64,000 nucleotides of DNA from Longimicrobiales bacterium (GTDB lineage Bacteria > Gemmatimonadota > Gemmatimonadetes > Longimicrobiales > Gaopeijiaceae): NCBI GenBank assembly GCA_965226375.1, contig CBDDCX010000008.1, positions 960,001 through 1,024,000 on the forward strand, in the 5' to 3' direction. The position numbers and the translations under genes are program-made. Below, piece after piece: positions 10,569 through 20,748 of the stretch. How positions within the stretch are numbered: the stretch's first letter is position 1; every line of letters begins with the position of its first letter. The notes under the pieces were generated by a model. That model was not told where the DNA came from and searched no databases. It saw only the letters and a list, made by a program, of their open reading frames with translations.

Positions 10569-11585
10569 ATGCCCGAAAACAGCGTCGTCACCCTCGAACG
10601 GCACATCATCGAAGAGGAACGGAGACGTCCCGAGGCCACCGGAGCCTTCAGCAATATCCTATATGCGCTCACGTTGGCGGCGAAGATCATCTCGAGAGAG
10701 GTGAACAAGGCCGGCATCGTGGACCTTCTCGGGGGTGCGGGCACGGTCAACATCCAGGGAGAGCGCGTCCAGAAGCTGGACCTCTACGCCCAGGACGTGA
10801 TCTACCGGGCCATGGATCACACGGGCACCCTCTGTTGCATGGTATCCGAGGAGTCCGAAGACATCCTGGCCATCCCGGCCGAATTCCCCAAGGGCGACTA
10901 CGTCCTGATCTTCGACCCCCTGGATGGCTCTTCCAACATCGACGTCAACGTCTCCATCGGCACCATCTTCTCCATCCACAAGAAGGTCACCGACGGAGAG
11001 GACGGCACCCTGGCGGACTGTCTGCAGGTCGGTTCCCGGCAGCTGGCGGCGGGATACGTGCTGTACGGCTCGTCCACCATGCTCGTCTATACCAGCGGCC
11101 ACGGGGTGCACGGGTTCACACTCGACCCGTCCATCGGCGAGTTCCTCTTGAGTCACCGGAACATCACCATTCCCGACCCGCCCAACCTGATGTACTCGAT
11201 CAACGAGGCGTACTATCCCCGCTGGTCCAAGGGGCAGCAGCGGTTGATGCAGCACCTCAAGGGCCTCGACGGAGAATCGACGCCCTCCTACAGCTCCCGA
11301 TATATCGGTTCGCTGGTGGCCGACTTCCACAGAACGCTGCTCAAGGGCGGGATTTTCATGTATCCGGCTGACAGCAGGGCGCCCGGAGGCAAACTGCGGC
11401 TCCTTTACGAGGCCGCGCCGATGGCGATGATCTGTGAACAGGCCGGTGGGAGGGCCTCCGACGGGAAGAATCGCGTTCTGGACCTCACTCCGGAGTCGCT
11501 GCACGCGAGAACCCCACTGTACTTGGGATCCAGAGACATTGTGACCATGGCCGAACGATATTTGGCCGAACCATCAGAAATCTGA
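10569..11585 (+). CDS. fbp: Class 1 fructose-1,6-bisphosphatase
   Basis: GERVQKLD, FDPLDGSSNIDVNVSIGTIF, RYIGSLVADFHR, GKLRLLYE. Confidence 0.97.
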   Translation: MPENSVVTLERHIIEEERRRPEATGAFSNILYALTLAAKIISREVNKAGIVDLLGGAGTVNIQGERVQKLDLYAQDVIYRAMDHTGTLCCMVSEESEDILAIPAEFPKGDYVLIFDPLDGSSNIDVNVSIGTIFSIHKKVTDGEDGTLADCLQVGSRQLAAGYVLYGSSTMLVYTSGHGVHGFTLDPSIGEFLLSHRNITIPDPPNLMYSINEAYYPRWSKGQQRLMQHLKGLDGESTPSYSSRYIGSLVADFHRTLLKGGIFMYPADSRAPGGKLRLLYEAAPMAMICEQAGGRASDGKNRVLDLTPESLHARTPLYLGSRDIVTMAERYLAEPSEI

Positions 11586-11671
11586 GGGTCGTCGGGTTTC
11601 TGAGGCTTTTTTGGTGGGGTCGGGATGGTCGCAAACCCTTATAAACGCTGGATTATTCCCGAATCAAGTTG

Positions 11672-11687
11672 TGGCATCATCCTTGCA
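11672..11687 (+). promoter_or_regulatory. Sigma54 (-24/-12) promoter
   Basis: TGGCATCATCCTTGCA = GG-N10-GC, upstream of RBS and ATG 11762. Confidence 0.7.
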
Positions 11688-11761
11688 ATTTCGGCCCCTC
11701 GGATTCTTGCGCTCTGCCTTTCCGGGCGAGCGAACTACACCTCCATACTGGAGAGTTCTCA

Positions 11762-14700
11762 ATGAAGTTGCTTCGTTTTGCAGCCATCGCGTTGCTCGCG
11801 ACCATCCGATGGTCGCCTGTGATGACGATGATGACACGGGCACGACGCCGCCCCCAGTCGCCGCAACCGGGACCATCAGTGGTGCGGTCACGGTTGAAGG
11901 CGCGGGGCTGGCCGGCGTGACCGTCAGCATGGTGGGTGCCACCTCCGCGTCGGCATCGACCGGTGCGGATGGTTCCTACTCGTTCACTAACGTCCCGGCT
12001 GGGACGTACGGCGTACAGATTGCCGGCGTCTCCCTCGACGTGACCTTTTCCACAACGTCTCAGGTCGTCACGGTCACGGGTGGTCAGACGAGTACTGCCA
12101 GTTTCAGCGGTAACTACATCCGCACGGCGAGCATCCGCGGTAGCATCACCGCCGGAAGCACGGGCATCGTGGCTACGGTGTCTCTCGCCGGTACGGGCAT
12201 GCTAAGCGGTGTGTCCGCTTCCGGAACCTCGGACACGAACGGTGACTTCGAGTTCACCGGTCTGCGGGCCGGCGACTACACGGTTACGGTCTCCGACTTC
12301 GGTTCGGCTGAGATCCCGGTCACCTCGCGTGACGTGACGGTGGCCACGGGCCAGAGCGCCAGCGTGACCTTCGTCGGCACGGTCGAGGAAGTCACCACGG
12401 CCGCTACGGTCACGATCTCGTCGATCACGGTCAGTGGTACGGCCGGCGCGACGGTCATTCCGGGCGCTGTCGTCGGATCCATCGACGTGAACCTCACCAT
12501 CAGCGAGGGCACGGCGACGCTCGTCTCGGCCTCCGTGCTTCTGGACGGCGAGGTCGTGGGCACGCAGACGTTCTCAACGGGTGCCCCGGCTGAGGAAGGT
12601 CCTGATGCTGCCGAGCGCACGGCGACCATCCAGATCAATACGGCTGCCTGCGGAGTGGCTCCGGGAACGATCTGCGGTATTGGCAATGGCGATCCCACGC
12701 ACTCGAGTGGTGCCCACGTCGTCACTGCCGAGGTGGTGACCAGTGACGGCGCCACGGCCTCGGCCTCCCAGAGCACCAATCTGACGTTCGCCAATGCGGA
12801 CCTCTTGATCGGCACCCTTTCGATGATGAATACGGCCGTGAGCGCCACCAGCCAGCTTTGGGGAGCCGGAGACGCAACCGTCGGCGTTACTCCTGTGGCC
12901 TATTCGGGGAAAACGGTGGGTTCCATTATGGTGACTCTCGTCCAGACCCCCGGTGCTCCGGTTACGACGACCGCAGTGACTGAAGACACCGCCCCGTTCA
13001 CCTTCGTGTTCTCTTCCGACACCGGTGACGAACTGGACGGTTGGCAGACTGACGCTGCAGACCCCGACGCGCTGAACATCACCGCTGCGGCCTACACGGA
13101 CGGCAGTGGGTTCGCGCTCGGAAACGGCGGTGATCCGAACGCGTTTGCGAAGATCAACAATTCTTCCCCGGCGCTCGCGCTGTTCGACAACATTCCGCCG
13201 TCCCTCGAGACTGCGGGAGACGGCGGATTCTTCGCGCTTCCTGACGCCGTGGAGACTGTGGATGAAGTCGAGGACATCAACCTTTGCTGTGACAACAACT
13301 GGGTTACGTCCGGCTTCGAGTTCGACAATGCGCTCGGAGACATTGAGGATGACGACGTTGACGGTCCCGGCGCGGGTGAGCCCGGTGTCGGTGGCATCGT
13401 CGTTACGTTCCATGCGGGTGATGCGGACGACGACTGGGACGAGGACACAGCCATGGAAGACTTCCCCCATGGTGATACGCCGGGGGATGCCGGGCTGGAG
13501 CAGAGCCTGCTGAGCACGGACTTCCAGCTCTGGGTCGGTCTCACGGACGCGTTGGGCAACGTTAGCTATACAGCGCTCGAGGCCAGCGCCGGTACGAACG
13601 CCGCCGACTTCTTCGGCATCGACGATACGCCCGCTGATTTCGACTTGGCCGGCGTGGCCGATATGACCATCTACAACGGAGTTTCCGGAACTAGTGGAGA
13701 CGGAATCGAGTTCACCTCCGTCATTGAGGACGTTCCCGGATTCGGCGACGCTCCGGTCTCTGGTTGGATGACGGTCGAGCCCGAGGTGGGTGACGGACCG
13801 TTCGTCATCGCTGAAGACGAAGAAGACGGCGGTCCGGTGAACCTGCCGCTGTTGACAGATGCGTGTGGCGCAACGGAGCCCCTGGCTCTGAATATCACGG
13901 GCGACAACTCCGCGTTCTGCATTCCGGATGGCACCGCCGGGCCCGAAGACGGCCTGTACACGTTCGGTGGTACGCTCTTCAGCGCGTCGGGAGCCACGAC
14001 AGACGAGGAGATCATTCGCCTCTACCAGGATCTGACGGATCCCGAGATCACCGCGAACGTCTCTCCGTCGCCAGTGCTCGAGGGTGGAGACAACGCGACG
14101 TTCAGCGGTGGAGTGAGTGACAACCTCGATCTCGCGTCAGCGGCCTTCACGTTCGACTTCGACAACGACGCCGTTTGGATTCCCTTCAGCGATCCTGCCG
14201 CGATTGGTGACGACGACCCGTTCGTGGGAGCCTGGATAGATGCGGCCAACCCAGCCGTGACGCTGCCGTTCGTCGCGGGTCTGGAAAAGGTGACCGCCGA
14301 TGATCCGGACGGTACCATGGACATCATCACGAACGTGCGGATCATCGCCACGGACCCGGCCGGCAACATTTCCGCGGCTGCGTCGAACAACATCATTGCC
14401 AATACGGTCAACGGTGGCACCCCACCTGTATCCTACGGTGCAGGCGGCATCGACGCGGAGATCGGTGACGGCGTTGGTGGGGCAGGCTGGTTGATGGTGT
14501 CTCCGGCGGCCAACACCGAGATCTGTAACGGTGTGGGTGATCCGGACGAGACCACCGAGGTTTGCGAAGACGTAACGATCGACGCCAACGAGTCGTTGGA
14601 CCTCGAGTTAGAGGTCAGTGGCCCGTCGGGAACCTTCTCGAACCCGTTCCTGAGCGGAACCATCTTCTTCTACTTGAAGCACCCCGTGAGCACCGAGAAT

Positions 14701-14919
14701 GTCCTTCTCGGCAGCGTCCTAGCCAACTCGGCAGCGCTGACGGATGATGGAGACGATCGCACGTATGCATGGGACCTCACGCTCCAGGCGTCTGACGTCG
14801 ATGGCTTCGCCGTTGCAGCGGACGCCTTTGTGGTGTTCGCGATCGGCGTAAACGCGGATGGCCTGGGCCTTCGCCTGGCCGACGTGTCGCTCGACGTAGT
14901 CGACGGCGCGATTCCGTAG
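11762..14919 (+). CDS. Large acidic surface lipoprotein with two carboxypeptidase-regulatory-like/Ig-like repeats; 1-nt frameshift in the signal peptide near 11805
   Basis: GGAG RBS, then MKLLRFAAIALLATI in one frame and PMVAC-DDDDD lipobox in the main frame; Thr/Gly/Asp-rich body. Confidence 0.75.
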
Positions 14920-14927
14920 CCAATCAC

Positions 14928-14983
14928 CCGCTTCGGCGGACCAACCCCCCGCCCGGCTTCGGCCGGGCGGGGGTTTTTCTTTT
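14928..14983 (+). terminator. Rho-independent terminator preceded by a small UUCG hairpin
   Basis: 12-bp GC stem 14946-14973 with TTCG loop followed by T tract; CCGC-TTCG-GCGG at 14928-14939. Confidence 0.95.
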
Positions 14984-14986
14984 GTG

Positions 14987-16886
14987 GTGGGCCCGGCATG
15001 GGCGATGACTTGGAGGTGAAAGTCCTCCCGGAACCTGGTCGCAGGGACCGAAGGGAAGCGCAAGGCGTTCGTCGTGAGGCGTACGCTGAACGAAGCGTGA
15101 AACGAACCCGTGAGTCGACGAACAGGAACCGGATACGAGGCGCTGCGGACCGGGGCGAGCGGACCACTGACCGCGAAGCTCCTGCGACCAAGGGGAAGCG
15201 GCGTAGATCCGGCGATTGTGCGGGGAAGGTCATCGTTCTTACCCGGGGAGGTCTCGCCTGACGCCTGAAAGGGCGACGCCGGCATTGCGCTGTTGGGCCT
15301 GCCGGCGGAGCGAGAAGTCAGCAGAGGCCATAGTAGGCCGACGAAGTGCATGATGCGCTTGGACCCAGCTTTGTCGGACGAAGGGCCGAACGGAGAGGAG
15401 AGTGTGACGACCGTGGATCTCGAGAAGGCCATGCGCCAGGAGTCCAGGCAACTGGAGCTCCCGCTGGAGGATAGGGGTGAAGCCCCGAAGGTAGAGGGGA
15501 GTGGCGAAGCCGGAACGGTGGCCCATGGAGACGAGCGCTCAGGAAGCGAGCATCTCCTGATGGAGGAGGTGGTCGGGCGTGCCAACCTCGTAGGAGCGTT
15601 GAAACGCGTGCGGCAGAATAAGGGCAGTCCGGGCATCGACGGGATGAGCGTGGAGGAGCTGCCAGAGTACTTGCGCAGGCACTGGGGGGAGATCCGACAG
15701 CGGTTGCTGGCGGGGACCTACCAACCGAAGCCGGTACGAAGGCAGGAGATACCGAAGAGTGGGGGAGGGGTCCGGGAGTTGGGGATTCCGACCGTGCTGG
15801 ACCGGTTCATCCAACAAGCCATCCTGCAGGTGCTGCAACCGAGGTTCGACCCGACGTTCAGTCGGCACAGCCACGGCTTCCGGCCTGGGCGCCGAGCACA
15901 CGATGCGGTGCGCGAAGCGCAGCAATACATCCAGGAAGGGAGACGATGGGTGGTGGATGTGGACCTGGAGAAGTTTTTCGACCGGGTGAACCACGACGTG
16001 CTGATGGGGCGGCTGGCAAAGCGGATCGAGGATAAGGCGATGCTGCGGATCCTCCGTCGCTACCTGGAAGCCGGAGTCATGGCGAACGGGGTGGTGATGG
16101 AGCGGCACATGGGGACGCCTCAGGGCGGACCGTTGTCGCCGTTGCTGGCGAACGTGCTCCTGGACGAAGTGGACAAGGAGTTGGAGCTACGCGGACACGC
16201 GTTTGTCCGGTACGCCGATGACTGCAATGTATACGTGCGGTCGAGGCGGGCAGGACAACGTGTGATGCAGGCGCTGAGGCACTTGTACGGGAAACTTCGG
16301 CTTCAGGTCAACGAGGAAAAGAGCGCGGTGGCGCGAGTGTGGGATCGACAGTTCCTGGGCTACAGCTTCTGGGTAGCGGCAGGGAAGGTCGTGAAGCGCC
16401 GGGTCAGCAAGAAGGCCCTGACGAAGTTCAAGGAGCGAGTCCGGCAGATTACAAGCCGGAGTGGCGGGCGGAGCCTGCAACAGGTGGCGGAAGAGCTACG
16501 GCGCTACGTGCTGGGGTGGAAGGCATACTTCGGCTTAGCGGATACACCGGGGGTTTTCCGAGACCTGGACCAATGGATCCACCGCCGGCTGCGTACGTTG
16601 CAATTACGCCAGTGGAAACGGGGAAGGACAGCGTACCGGGAGTTGAGGGCTCGCGGTGTGAGCGAGAACCTCGCCTGGCGAGCTGCTCGGTTCGCGCGAA
16701 GCTGGTGGCACGTGGCCGCGCACCACGCCCTGCACACGGCCTTGCCAGGGGCGTACTTCGACGAGCTGGGTGTGCCCCGGCTCACGCCGTACTGACCTCA
16801 ACTCACCGAACCGCCAGGTGCGGACCCGCATGCCTGGTGGTGTGGGAGGGGAAGGACCGGGATCGCCGGTCCTCCCCTATCCCGAT
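14987..16886 (+). mobile_element. Group IIC intron
   Basis: 5' end GTGGGCCCGGCATGGG just after the terminator; domain V starting GAACCGCC with CGC triad (from ~16808); domain VI with bulged A 16879; 3' end ...CCCGAT. Confidence 0.92.
15404..16795 (+). CDS. ltrA: Group II intron reverse transcriptase/maturase, no endonuclease domain (start uncertain: 15404 or 15432)
   Basis: NKGSPGIDG, LGIPTVLDR, GTPQGGPLSPLL, YADD, maturase thumb. Confidence 0.95.
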   Translation: MTTVDLEKAMRQESRQLELPLEDRGEAPKVEGSGEAGTVAHGDERSGSEHLLMEEVVGRANLVGALKRVRQNKGSPGIDGMSVEELPEYLRRHWGEIRQRLLAGTYQPKPVRRQEIPKSGGGVRELGIPTVLDRFIQQAILQVLQPRFDPTFSRHSHGFRPGRRAHDAVREAQQYIQEGRRWVVDVDLEKFFDRVNHDVLMGRLAKRIEDKAMLRILRRYLEAGVMANGVVMERHMGTPQGGPLSPLLANVLLDEVDKELELRGHAFVRYADDCNVYVRSRRAGQRVMQALRHLYGKLRLQVNEEKSAVARVWDRQFLGYSFWVAAGKVVKRRVSKKALTKFKERVRQITSRSGGRSLQQVAEELRRYVLGWKAYFGLADTPGVFRDLDQWIHRRLRTLQLRQWKRGRTAYRELRARGVSENLAWRAARFARSWWHVAAHHALHTALPGAYFDELGVPRLTPY

Positions 16887-17046
16887 CATCCAACCGAGAG
16901 AGACAGGGCCAAAGTAGACGGCCCAGACGTCGTGGTCGATCTCTTCGAGGCCGATGTAATCTCCGCCGAGCAGGTGAGAGACGTTGATCCAGCGTGAGTG
17001 CCATCGGATTCCTCCGTTCGTTGAGACTTTGCGGACTTCGAAGTGA
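16887..17046 (-). pseudogene. IS481-family transposase 3' fragment (copy 1)
   Basis: HFEVRKVSTNGGIRW...VYFGPVSLGW, paralogous to 17400-18075. Confidence 0.85.
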
Positions 17047-17067
17047 GCAGCGAGCGGGGCCTTCTCA

Positions 17068-17343
17068 GTGTGGGTCCTGTTGTCACTCCGCTCTTTGGGC
17101 CGGCCGGCCCTAACGAGGACTTGGGTCCAGCGGCTCATCATTCTACCGACCGTTTTTCTGACGCTGACGAGCCTCGTGGTGCTGCTCGTCGTCAATGTGA
17201 TGCTAGCTCGTCCGGCGATCTATCTAACTGCGCTGTTACTCCTTCTCTTCCAGTCTGGGCACACCTTCTGCCACATCGTGTTCTCCTTCCTCCCGCGAGT
17301 TCGAGTCGACGGTCATTCCGGAGAAGGCGACGTCGAGCGGTGA
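17068..17343 (+). pseudogene. Small membrane protein, probably 5' truncated
   Basis: Two hydrophobic helices, no clear RBS, lies between IS481 remnants. Confidence 0.4.
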
Positions 17344-17355
17344 GCATGGCGAGCG

Positions 17356-18075
17356 TGAACAGCGCACCTGATGGTTAACACAAGTGTGCCAGCTGATGGT
17401 TAACAGATTGGGTTACGTCCTGTGTTACCGTGGGTGTCGAAAATGACGAAGAGTTCTTCGTCAAACCACCCGAGGGTAGTGGGACCGAAGTAGACCTGCC
17501 ACAGAGCGGGGCCGATGGGTTCGAGCCCGATGAACTCGTTGCCCAGAGCCGAACTGATGTTGATCCAACGCGAGTGCCAGCGGATGGCTCCGTTTGTAGA
17601 GACCTTACGGACCTCGAAGTGCTCAGGGTACTCGATGGGCGGAAGGACGTCGGGGTAGGCTCTAAGAGCCGATCGGTAGACGGAATGGGGAGTAGCGTCG
17701 TCGAGCGCCTCGTGGGGGCGGATGTGATTGAATGTGTGGCGGAAGTCGTTGAAGTGGCGCTGCTGGGCACTGAGGTTGGCCTTGGGCGGGCGAGTGGCTT
17801 CACGCTTGAGGGTCCTGTGCATGCGTTCGTGTCGGCCGTTCTGCTGCGGCTTACCCGGCTCGATGGTCTCAGGACGGATACCGAGGCGGATCCACCAGGC
17901 ACTCAGGCGTGTGAGGCGAGCGAGGCCGATGGAAGCGAAGGGCGTACCATTGTCGGAGCGGATGACGGCGGGCAGACCGAACTCGCGGAAAGTCCTGATG
18001 AACACAGGCTTGGCGAGCTCGATCGACGTGGAATACAGCCCTGTGCACTCGAGCAGGAACCGGCTGAAGCCGTCC
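17356..18075 (-). mobile_element. IS481-family element remnant: transposase core plus right end
   Basis: DGFSR, IRSDNG, PQQNGRHERMHRTLK; end TGAACA at 17356 with two CTGATGGTTAACA repeats (17368-17380, 17393-17405). Confidence 0.85.
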
Positions 18076-18080
18076 TCTAG

Positions 18081-18145
18081 CTCGCGCGCTTCGCTTGCGG
18101 TCACCATCTTAGCCGCGCAGCAGAATCGCAATCCGTTAAGCGGCT
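18081..18145 (+). other. attC-like site, right arm (L' GCAGAAT, R' GTTAAGC)
   Basis: GTTRRRY at 18135-18141; complementary to the left arm at 18487-18510. Confidence 0.6.
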
Positions 18146-18175
18146 GCTACAACCGGCCTGGAGGAGCAGGGCTTC

Positions 18176-18457
18176 ATGAAGGCGATTTGGAACGGTGAGG
18201 TGATTGCTGAAGCCGATGACACGGTGATCGTCGAAGGCAATCACTATTTTCCAAACAGCTCGCTGCGTGGCGAGTTCTTTTCGGCGAGTCCAAAGAGGTC
18301 GACGTGCCCCTGGAAGGGCACCGCTTCCTACTACGATGTCGAAGTCGCCGGTCACCGAAACGAAGGGGCTGCGTGGTACTACCCAACACCGAAGCCAGCT
18401 GCCGAAGCGATCGCGGGTCGTGTCGCCTTCTGGCGTGGCGTCGAAGTCACCGAATAG
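18176..18457 (+). CDS. DUF427 domain protein
   Basis: VEGNHYFP, CPWKGTASYY, AAWYYPTP, RVAFW. Confidence 0.93.
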   Translation: MKAIWNGEVIAEADDTVIVEGNHYFPNSSLRGEFFSASPKRSTCPWKGTASYYDVEVAGHRNEGAAWYYPTPKPAAEAIAGRVAFWRGVEVTE

Positions 18458-18486
18458 CTGGGTCGTGAGAGACCGCGCGGCGGCAG

Positions 18487-18552
18487 CCGCCGAACAAGCG
18501 ATTGCTGCAGTCGGGGTAGACATCCCGCTCTCGCGCTTCGCTTGCGTTGAGC
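18487..18552 (+). other. attC-like site, left arm (R'' GCCGAAC, L'' ATTGCTGC), internally deleted
   Basis: Follows DUF427 stop; shares CGCGCTTCGCTTGCG with the 18081 site; ends GTTGAGC. Confidence 0.55.
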
Positions 18553-18648
18553 CTTGGCCTGGAGCCGATCGATGAGGGAGATTGTCGCGTTGGGCATCCT
18601 ACTCGGAGCGGAACCTGTCAACGACAATGGGACACTCTACGGGATTAA

Positions 18649-19656
18649 TTAGAGAGCAATGTCCTGTGTGGTGAGGGAAGGGATGGGAGGATTGATGAAG
18701 ACGGCCTCCGGGAGCGGTTTGGGCTTCGGCACACCTCTGACGAAGCGTTCGGGATGAGCGGCCCATGCTTCGCGGAGCACGGATTTCCTGCCGGCAATGA
18801 CCTGATCGGCGTTCCCGAAGTGGACCTGCTCGGGGGTTAGCATCGAGATGCCGCCATGGCGGTGCTCGGCATTGTACCAGCGGAAGAACGATCGACAGAA
18901 CGTCTTGGCTTGGCCCTGATCCCCGAACCGTCCGGGAAACGAGGGATGGTACTTCAAGGTTTTGAACTGAGCCTCGGAAAACGGGTTGTCATCCGACACC
19001 TGAGGCCGGCTCAACGAGCGGGTCACGCCGAGGTCAGCGAGAAGTTGAGCGGTGCATTGGCTCGTCATTGGAGCTCCCCGATCCGAGTGCAGGGTCAGGA
19101 CCCGGGGCTGGACGCCATGCTTCAGGCAGCTCTGCTGGATCAACCGGCCGGCCAGGGCCGAGTTCTCCCGGTCCGCCACCATCCAGCCCACGACGTAGCG
19201 GCTGTAGATGTCCATGATGACGTAGAGGTAGTAATAGCTCCACTTCTTCGGCCCGAGCAGCCGCGTGATATCCCAGGACCACACCTGGTTCGGCGCCGTG
19301 GCCATCAACTCGGGCTTCTTGTACTCGGGATGGGTGCGCTGCGCCCGGCGTTCCTGAACCGGCACCTCGGAGGCCAGAACACGATACATCGTGCGTTCGC
19401 TGCACAGGTAGACCTCTTCGTCGAGCAGCGTGGCCACCACCTCGGCGGGTGAGCGGTCCACGAACCGCTCCGAACACAGCGTGTCGAAGACCTCGCCTCG
19501 TTCCGTCTCGCTCAATGCCCGGGCGGGCGTCGGGCGGGGCTGCTGTTGCCCGGTTGATGGGCCTCGACGACGGTACAACGTCGATCGGGAGACCTCGAGG
19601 GCCGCGCACGCCGGTTTTACACCGACGTGCTTAGCCAGCTCATCGGCCGCCTTCAA
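18649..19656 (-). CDS. IS3 transposase OrfB (DDE)
   Basis: WSWDIT, LHSDRG, DDNPFSEAQFKTLK. Confidence 0.95.
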   Translation of the reverse strand: MKAADELAKHVGVKPACAALEVSRSTLYRRRGPSTGQQQPRPTPARALSETERGEVFDTLCSERFVDRSPAEVVATLLDEEVYLCSERTMYRVLASEVPVQERRAQRTHPEYKKPELMATAPNQVWSWDITRLLGPKKWSYYYLYVIMDIYSRYVVGWMVADRENSALAGRLIQQSCLKHGVQPRVLTLHSDRGAPMTSQCTAQLLADLGVTRSLSRPQVSDDNPFSEAQFKTLKYHPSFPGRFGDQGQAKTFCRSFFRWYNAEHRHGGISMLTPEQVHFGNADQVIAGRKSVLREAWAAHPERFVRGVPKPKPLPEAVFINPPIPSLTTQDIAL

Positions 19657-20102
19657 GAGTTTGTCCCGTCGTCGAGGCTTATCCCCAGCAGCCCCGCAAC
19701 TTTTCCCTGCACGTCGATGATCAGGTGTGCCTTCCTGAGCTCATTCCCGAGCCGTGCGTTTCGCCGCTCCAGCTTGCGTACCTTCTCATCCAGCGGATTT
19801 CGCTCCGGCTTGCGGCCGCGTTTCTTCGACAGGGCCTTCAGCGACCCGCTATGCGCCGCCTTGCGCCACGTCGTCAGGTGCGACGAGTACAGGCCCTCTC
19901 GCCGCAGGACTTGACCCACCTCGCCGGGCTCGGTGCACCGGTCCGCTTCTTCGACGATCCGCAGCTTGTACGACGGACTGAACCGCCGCCGTAGCGGCCT
20001 ATCTACTACCTCCGGGTCCGCAGGAGCTGCCGCGCTTCGCTTGGCCTCCCCGGTTCCAGGGGCACTACCATTCTCTGCCATTCTCTCTCGCAGTCCCAAC
20101 AT
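19653..20102 (-). CDS. IS3 transposase OrfA (HTH)
   Basis: RRRFSPSYKLRIV, LRREGLYSSHL; TTGA overlap with orfB. Confidence 0.9.
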   Translation of the reverse strand: MLGLRERMAENGSAPGTGEAKRSAAAPADPEVVDRPLRRRFSPSYKLRIVEEADRCTEPGEVGQVLRREGLYSSHLTTWRKAAHSGSLKALSKKRGRKPERNPLDEKVRKLERRNARLGNELRKAHLIIDVQGKVAGLLGISLDDGTNS

Positions 20103-20748
20103 GTTCGTTTTCTCTGCCTTCGCCCTACTCTAATTCTTTGCGTGCTCCGTGTCTCACGTACGTTGGCAGAGAGGGAAGCTCTCGGCTGTGGTGACATTGA
20201 GGAAGCGAGCGAGCCTCCCTCGGACGGTGTCGAGAACGAGGTGGAGCGATTCCTGGACTCCTATCGTCTCGCGGTTGAGACTCGTGATGGTCCACTGCTT
20301 CGAACCATGTACGTCGATGACGGCCGCTTCGAGTGGATCGAGGATGGCGAGGTCCGTTATCGCTCGCCCAACGAGGTGCTAGCTGCGCTCGCCACACTCC
20401 CGAACGACGCCGTAATGCGGACAGAGTACACGGGCGTTGAGGTGGTTCCGGTCGGCGATACCGGCGCCCGGGTCACGTTCCAGTTCCAAACCGTGTTTGG
20501 GCAGGGCCCGTCAGTCTTCGAGTTCGGCGGCATGAGTTCCCTCGTGGTAGAAAAGACCCCGACCGGCTGGCGCATCGTGGGCGGCCACACATCCTCCTCA
20601 GGACCCGGCGGCCGCTGAGTGACTGCTGCCTGAGAGAATGCGGTTCGCATGGGTTGGCCGAAATGGTCAGGTTGCAGAGCGGTCAACTCGTTGGGGAGGG
20701 ACTCTCTCTTGGGAACCCCCAAAATCGGCCAACACGATCAGTGCGAGA

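Larger units (their letters stand above)
18616..20168 (-). mobile_element. IS3-family insertion sequence, apparently intact
   Basis: Imperfect IRs TGTCAACGACAATGGGACAC / TGCCAACGTACGTGAGACAC; orfA plus orfB; no clear TSD. Confidence 0.92.
18572..20618 (+). pseudogene. NTF2/SnoaL-like putative lipoprotein split by IS3 (18572-18615 plus 20169-20618)
   Basis: MREIVALGILLGA left of the IS; ALGC lipobox and GWRIVGGHTS tail right of it. Confidence 0.7.

Noticed and set aside
11611..11761. ORF-track N-terminal extension of the large surface protein
   Set aside because: It overlaps the sigma54 motif and RBS; the real signal peptide starts at 11762 in another frame.
15293..16795. RT as a retron, DGR or defence RT
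   Set aside because: It has a maturase domain and is flanked by intron domains V/VI at a post-terminator site; no template/variable repeat pair seen.
14987..16886. Intron as IIC-attC type
   Set aside because: The 5' flank is a classic terminator with a T tract, not an attC bottom strand.
17368..17405. CTGATGGTTAACA direct repeats as a mini CRISPR
   Set aside because: Only two 13-bp copies with a 12-nt gap, at an IS481 end; no cas genes.
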